The notes under the pieces: model-generated | The model's input: the letters and a program-made list of their open reading frames with translations, nothing else | What the model was told of the DNA's origin: nothing | The model's database searches: none | Program-made: the position numbers and the translations under genes | In this document: positions 59,268 to 64,000 of the stretch, in pieces | Layout: every line of letters starts with the position of its first letter | Numbering within the stretch: the first letter of the stretch is position 1 | Source of the DNA: Clostridia bacterium | GTDB lineage: Bacteria; Bacillota; Clostridia; Christensenellales; UBA1242 | NCBI GenBank assembly: GCA_045538175.1 | Contig: JAZSQZ010000044.1 | Span: forward strand, 5,031 to 69,030 | Reading direction: 5' to 3' | DNA length: 64,000 nucleotides

Positions 59268-60422
59268 ATGGCAGAAAGATTTGTTTTAAACGAAACTTCT
59301 TATTTTGGAAGGGGCGCAAGGGCTGAACTTGCAAAAGAAATTAAAAATAGAGGTTTTAGGAGAGTTTTGTTTGTAACTGATGCTTCACTTATCAAGTGTG
59401 GTGTTGCAAAAAAAGTTACAGATGTTTTAGACCAAGCAAAAATTAAATACGAAACATATAGTGATATTAAACCAAACCCAACAGTTAAAAATGTTAAAGA
59501 TGGCGTTGCAAAGTGTAGAGAATTTAAGGCAGACGTCATTGTCGCTGTTGGTGGTGGCTCAGTTATTGATACAGCAAAAGGAATTTCAATTGTTGATAGA
59601 AATCCTGAAAGAGAAGATGTTGTATCTCTAAATGGTTTATCAAACACAAAAAGAAAAGGATTACCACTTATTGCACTTCCAACAACACACGGAACTGCAG
59701 CTGAAGTTACAATCAACTATGTTATAACCGACGAAGACAAAAAAGTAAAAATGGTTTGTGTCGACCCAAATGATATTCCTGTGCTTGCAATTGTTGACTC
59801 TGAACTTATGGAAACTTTGCCTAAAGCAACTGCTGCTGCAACGGGATTAGATGCCTTAACACACGCTGTTGAAGGTTATATCACAAAGGGGCATAACACA
59901 ATGGCAGATATGTTCCATATGCGAGCAATTGAACTTATTTTTGAAAACTTACCAAAAGCAGTCAACGAAAAGGACGAAAAGGCAATCGAAAATATGGCAC
60001 TTGCTCAATATATTGCAGGTATGGGATTTTCAAACGTAGGTCTTGGAATTGTACATAGTATGGCACATCAATTAGGCGCTGTTTATGATACACCACACGG
60101 TATTGCAAACGCAATTTTACTTCCTACAGTTATGAGATTTAATGGTGTTGTTTGCGCAGATAGATTTAGAGAAATTCTTTGTCATATCGGTAGACCTGAC
60201 GCAAGACACTTAAACGACCAAGATGTTATCAACACATTTGTTTGGATGATTCAAGAATTGTCAAAAGCTGTAGGAGTTACCCAAACGGTAAAAGATACAG
60301 GCTGTAAGGTAGAAGATATCGAAATGCTTGCAGAAAAGGCAATGGAAGACCCTTGTAAACCAGGCAACCCAAGAGAAGTTACAAAACAAGATTTTATCGA
60401 CCTATATAATGCTGCAATGTAA
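59268..60422 (+). CDS. fucO: Iron-containing alcohol dehydrogenase, lactaldehyde reductase-like
   Basis: Start at MAERFVLNETSYFGRGA, parallel to the FucO N-terminus. GGGSVIDTAKG ... HSMAHQLGAVYDTPHGIANAILLP. Confidence 0.75.
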   Translation: MAERFVLNETSYFGRGARAELAKEIKNRGFRRVLFVTDASLIKCGVAKKVTDVLDQAKIKYETYSDIKPNPTVKNVKDGVAKCREFKADVIVAVGGGSVIDTAKGISIVDRNPEREDVVSLNGLSNTKRKGLPLIALPTTHGTAAEVTINYVITDEDKKVKMVCVDPNDIPVLAIVDSELMETLPKATAAATGLDALTHAVEGYITKGHNTMADMFHMRAIELIFENLPKAVNEKDEKAIENMALAQYIAGMGFSNVGLGIVHSMAHQLGAVYDTPHGIANAILLPTVMRFNGVVCADRFREILCHIGRPDARHLNDQDVINTFVWMIQELSKAVGVTQTVKDTGCKVEDIEMLAEKAMEDPCKPGNPREVTKQDFIDLYNAAM

Positions 60423-60426
60423 ATAC

Positions 60427-60455
60427 AAAAAACACCTCAAAAGGTGTTTTTTTTA
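60427..60455 (+). terminator. Intrinsic terminator
   Basis: AAAACACCT-CAAA-AGGTGTTTT followed by Ts. Confidence 0.8.
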
Positions 60456-60513
60456 TTTTAAATAATAGTTTATTTTTGTTTTGTTTAGTGGTATTATTAA
60501 ATTAGGAGATAAT

Positions 60514-60927
60514 ATGGAAACAGTAAAAGCAGGTTGCTTTTTGTTTAACAAAAAGGAAAAAAAGGTTGCTTTGGTGTATAGGGAAAAGCAAAAGGATTAT
60601 TCTTTTCCTAAAGGACACCTAGAAGAAGGCGAAGACTTAAAGACTTGTGCAATACGTGAAGTTGAAGAAGAAACAAAAAGAAAACCAGAGATTATAGATG
60701 GAATCAAACCTTTTGTACAAAGATACACAACAAAAGTTGGGGAAAAGTGTATTTGTTATATGTTTATAGCAAGGGATTTAGGTAAAAGTGACAACCAAAG
60801 TTTAGACACCCACGAATTGCATTGGGTTGATGTGGATAAGGTTGAAAAGGTTTTAAGTTATACAAGTCTAAAAAAAGAATGGAAAAAGGTTAAAAAACAT
60901 ATTTTAGAGCAAATCAACAAAGACTAG
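60514..60927 (+). CDS. NUDIX hydrolase
   Basis: Start at METVKAG (RBS AGGAGA). Nudix box GHLEEGEDLKTCAIREVEEETK. Confidence 0.85.
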   Translation: METVKAGCFLFNKKEKKVALVYREKQKDYSFPKGHLEEGEDLKTCAIREVEEETKRKPEIIDGIKPFVQRYTTKVGEKCICYMFIARDLGKSDNQSLDTHELHWVDVDKVEKVLSYTSLKKEWKKVKKHILEQINKD

Positions 60928-60970
60928 TTTTTTGTTGAAAAAACATAGTAAATATGTTAGAATTTTGATT

Positions 60971-61783
60971 ATGGTAAGTAGTAAAAAAATTATAAAAAGA
61001 TTAGTTATATTTATAATAATTGCAGTTATTTCCCTAATTTCGATAATTACAATGTGGCCACGCGTTGATGTGCCTTATACACACGAAGAAATGGTTGCAA
61101 ACAACAAAGATTTGGCAATATCAAATCCAGAGTATGAAGGCGAAGATTGTTTAACTTTCGTTACAGACCAAAGATACAGCGCATATCACGACGGTTATAA
61201 AGCAAGGGTTTATTTTACAGGTGTTATCCACAACTCAACAGAAGATGTGATTGAATCTGCAACCTTAACTTTTGGGTTTACACTAGACAGAAGGACATAC
61301 TCTATCGAAGTTGAGTTTGAAGATTTGCTTGTAGGTGAAAACACATTTGTAAGAATGTATCTAGATGAAATATACAGAAATTATTCTTATACAAACGTAG
61401 AGGTCGAGACTTCTGTTTTCTATAGAATAGGAAGCGACACAGAATACGAATTATGTAATACTTATATGGACCCAGAAAATCCACCAGAAAAACACAATTC
61501 AGCATTAGAAACATTTGCAACAATTGGAAGTTGTGTTGCAGGTGTTACGCTAATTATAGTTATTATCACAATTATAAGTTTGATTAAAAACAGACTACTT
61601 ACAGAGCACGTTTCTTCAGCTTTCTTTGAAGAAGAAACTCAAGAAAATAAAAAAGAAACAAAAAAGCATATAAAAAGCGAAGCCGTTGTATATTGTAAAT
61701 ATTGTGGTGGCGAATTTGATAAGGTTTATACAAAATGTCCTGATTGTGGTGCAAGACTTATAAAAAACAATAGGAAAAAATAA
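60971..61783 (+). CDS. Hypothetical bitopic membrane protein with a C-terminal zinc ribbon
   Basis: Two TM helices (LVIFIIIAVISLISIITMW; IGSCVAGVTLIIVIITIISLI) and C-terminal CKYCGG ... CPDCG. The start codon is uncertain, with no clear RBS; the track start at 60932 is a TTG. Confidence 0.55.
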   Translation: MVSSKKIIKRLVIFIIIAVISLISIITMWPRVDVPYTHEEMVANNKDLAISNPEYEGEDCLTFVTDQRYSAYHDGYKARVYFTGVIHNSTEDVIESATLTFGFTLDRRTYSIEVEFEDLLVGENTFVRMYLDEIYRNYSYTNVEVETSVFYRIGSDTEYELCNTYMDPENPPEKHNSALETFATIGSCVAGVTLIIVIITIISLIKNRLLTEHVSSAFFEEETQENKKETKKHIKSEAVVYCKYCGGEFDKVYTKCPDCGARLIKNNRKK

Positions 61784-61809
61784 AAAGAAGGTGTTATGCC
61801 TTCTTTTTT
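61784..61809 (+). terminator. Intrinsic terminator
   Basis: AAGAAGG-TGTTATG-CCTTCTT followed by T4. Confidence 0.7.
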
Positions 61810-61912
61810 GTTGTGTGACAAATTAAACAAAAATATAAAATGAGTTTTGTTTTGTTTGCTAAAGTTATTATTTTGGAGTAATATTTATAGAAATAAATTA
61901 AGGAGTTAATTT

Positions 61913-63745
61913 ATGGAAGTAGAAAAGTATGACAGTATTATGCACAAGTTTTTTAAATCTCCAAACGAAGCAATAAGCGAGATTATAAACTTGCAAGCAA
62001 TTTTAAACCTACCTAAAGGTACTGAGCACTTTATGAGTGATTTGCACGGCGAAGCAGACACTTTTATTCATATTTTAAAAAATGCGTCTGGGGTTATAAG
62101 ATTAAAACTTGAAGCAGTTTTTAAAAACCTTATGACAAACGGCGAAATTCAAGATTTACTTACACTTATTTATTATCCTGAAGAAAGATTAAAACTTATT
62201 AAAACCGAAGAAAAGGATATAGAAGGTTGGTGCAAAAAAACTTTGCTCCATCTTATTAAGGTTTTAAGAGAAATTTCTAGCAAATATACACGAAGCAAAG
62301 TTAGAAAAGCACTTCCACAAGATTATGCTTATATTATGGACGAACTTATCAATATGACAGTTGAGTCCAGCAAGGAAAGTTATTACGAAAATATTATGAA
62401 CAGTATTATCGAACTTGGCGAAGGTGATAGATTTATTGTTGCCCTTTGTCAAGTTATTCAACGTCTTGCTATCGATCACTTACATATCGTTGGTGATATT
62501 TTTGATAGGGGCAAAGGTCCTGACATAATTTTAGATAGACTTATGACATATCACTCTCTTGATATTCAATGGGGCAACCACGATGTATTGTGGATAGGTG
62601 CATATCTTGGCAATTTGTCTTGTATTGCAAACATAATAAGAATAAACTGTGGATACAAAAACTTGGGAGTATTAGAGAGTTCTTATGGCATCAACTTAAG
62701 AGCTCTTGAAACATTTGCTATTAAAAAATATACAAACGACAAGTGCGAAAACTTTAAGATTAAAGACCTAGATGGCGACAACAATCCTTTTGATGATATG
62801 AATTTGTTATCAAAAATGTATAAGGCAATCACTGTTTTGCAATTCAAACTTGAAAACAATCTTTTATATCTTCACCCAGAGTGGGATATGGATGATAGAA
62901 TAATTCTAGAAGACGATAAACTTACAAAAGAAGAGATGTCTTTGATGAATATCCTAAAACAAGAGTTTATGCACAGCAAAAGGTTAAAAGAGCATATCGA
63001 GTTTTTGATAAGAAAAGGAAGTATGTATCTAGTGTACAACAACAACCTTTTAATGCACGGCTGTGTGCCTACAAATAAGGACGGCACATTTACAGAAATC
63101 AAAATCGGCGACAAGATTTATAGTGGTAAAGCCTTGTATGATAGATGTAACGAACTTGTCCACCTTGCATACAACAATAAAGACAAATATGCAATCGATT
63201 ATATGTGGTACCTATGGTGTGGCAAAAACTCTCCACTTTTTGGTAGAGACGTTATGCGTACATACGAAACATATATGCTTGGCAAAAAAATCAAGGAAAA
63301 CAAAAACCCATATTACGACTATATAAAAATCACACCTTTCTGTGATAAGGTTTTAAAAGAGTTTGGGGCAAGTGGCGAATATGCACATATTATAAACGGT
63401 CATATGCCTGTAAAAGTTATTGCAGGGGAAGACCCTGTAAGTGCAAACGGTAAGCATATCATTATCGATGGTGGTTTATCAAAGGCATATCATAAACATA
63501 CAGGTATCGGTGGATATACACTTATGTCAAACTCACACGGTTTATACCTTACAACTCACGCACCATTTTGTAAAACTCAAGAAGCAATTAGAAGAAAGTT
63601 AGACTTAAACTCTCAAACAACAGAAGTACAACTTTATAAGAAGAGGGTTATGGTTAAAGATACCGACAACGGTAAACTTTTGCAAGACCAAATTGATGTT
63701 TTGAAAATGTATCTTAAGAGTTATTATCATATGGATATAAAATAA
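61913..63745 (+). CDS. fbp: Fructose-1,6-bisphosphatase class 3
   Basis: Metallophosphoesterase-type motifs LHIVGDIFDRG ... GNHD ... LMHGCVP ... INGHMPV, and the ~610-aa size typical of Firmicute Fbp. Confidence 0.9.
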   Translation: MEVEKYDSIMHKFFKSPNEAISEIINLQAILNLPKGTEHFMSDLHGEADTFIHILKNASGVIRLKLEAVFKNLMTNGEIQDLLTLIYYPEERLKLIKTEEKDIEGWCKKTLLHLIKVLREISSKYTRSKVRKALPQDYAYIMDELINMTVESSKESYYENIMNSIIELGEGDRFIVALCQVIQRLAIDHLHIVGDIFDRGKGPDIILDRLMTYHSLDIQWGNHDVLWIGAYLGNLSCIANIIRINCGYKNLGVLESSYGINLRALETFAIKKYTNDKCENFKIKDLDGDNNPFDDMNLLSKMYKAITVLQFKLENNLLYLHPEWDMDDRIILEDDKLTKEEMSLMNILKQEFMHSKRLKEHIEFLIRKGSMYLVYNNNLLMHGCVPTNKDGTFTEIKIGDKIYSGKALYDRCNELVHLAYNNKDKYAIDYMWYLWCGKNSPLFGRDVMRTYETYMLGKKIKENKNPYYDYIKITPFCDKVLKEFGASGEYAHIINGHMPVKVIAGEDPVSANGKHIIIDGGLSKAYHKHTGIGGYTLMSNSHGLYLTTHAPFCKTQEAIRRKLDLNSQTTEVQLYKKRVMVKDTDNGKLLQDQIDVLKMYLKSYYHMDIK

Positions 63746-63775
63746 AAAAGAAATGCCAAAAGCATTTCTTTTTAT
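63746..63775. terminator. Bidirectional terminator
   Basis: AAGAAATGC-CAAAA-GCATTTCTT flanked by A and T runs. Confidence 0.8.
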
Positions 63776-63777
63776 TT

Positions 63778-64000
63778 TTATCCTTTGTATGCGATATAAA
63801 CATTTTCGTCGTGAAGGGATAATTTGCTTACTTTTACAAGTTTTTCAAAAACAGAATCTGTTTCTTCAATTCCGGCTTCTATATATAAGTCGCTGTTTTC
63901 GTTTGTAGGAATCCAACCACCAATTGATTCTGGAAGGTAAGGGGATACAAAATCGCTATAAACATCATACAAAAACAATGGATATGCCTTGTCGATTGCT
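63778..64000 (-). CDS. Hypothetical protein, C-terminal fragment (gene continues past the window end)
   Basis: The minus-strand frame stays open to nt 64000 (..AIDKAYPLFLYDVYSDF..VYIAYKG*). The track's 'M' at 63978 is a TTG inside this longer frame. Confidence 0.5.
   Translation of the reverse strand, partial: AIDKAYPLFLYDVYSDFVSPYLPESIGGWIPTNENSDLYIEAGIEETDSVFEKLVKVSKLSLHDENVYIAYKG

Overview
Low-GC chromosomal window from what looks like an anaerobic, spore-forming Firmicute. It carries spoIIP, spoIIE-tilS, hydrogenase-type NuoE/NuoF subunits and pflBA. About 58 protein genes, two tRNA-Arg genes, many intrinsic terminators and several consensus sigma-A-type promoters are supported. Most genes are housekeeping: ispH, pnuC, dut, ppa, pepD, rmuC, thyX, kdgK, fucO-like and fbp. 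Several accessory features stand out.

1. Two divergently oriented paralogs have a zinc ribbon, a TIR domain, three TM helices and an LRR-like ectodomain. This resembles a Toll-like-receptor layout. They bracket an NTP-transferase/PHP/YfcE cassette.
2. A 1242-aa single-gene protein combines HRDC, a DUF4011-like region, an SF1 helicase and a Vsr/DUF559-like nuclease.
3. A GmrSD-like DUF262/DUF1524 gene lies directly beside tRNA-Arg(CCU).
4. An operon starts with an apparently catalytically dead Y1-transposase-like protein. It is preceded by three 22-bp direct repeats and is translationally coupled to a membrane protein, followed by a 1792-aa protein built from seven ~200-aa modules.
5. An ATP-grasp ligase is paired with an AstE/M14-type deacylase, behind a leader that carries a boxA-like element and two terminator-like hairpins.
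6. An intergenic cluster of consensus DnaA boxes lies downstream of tilS.

All calls come from reading the sequence and the ORF translations and from recalled family motifs. No database searches were run.
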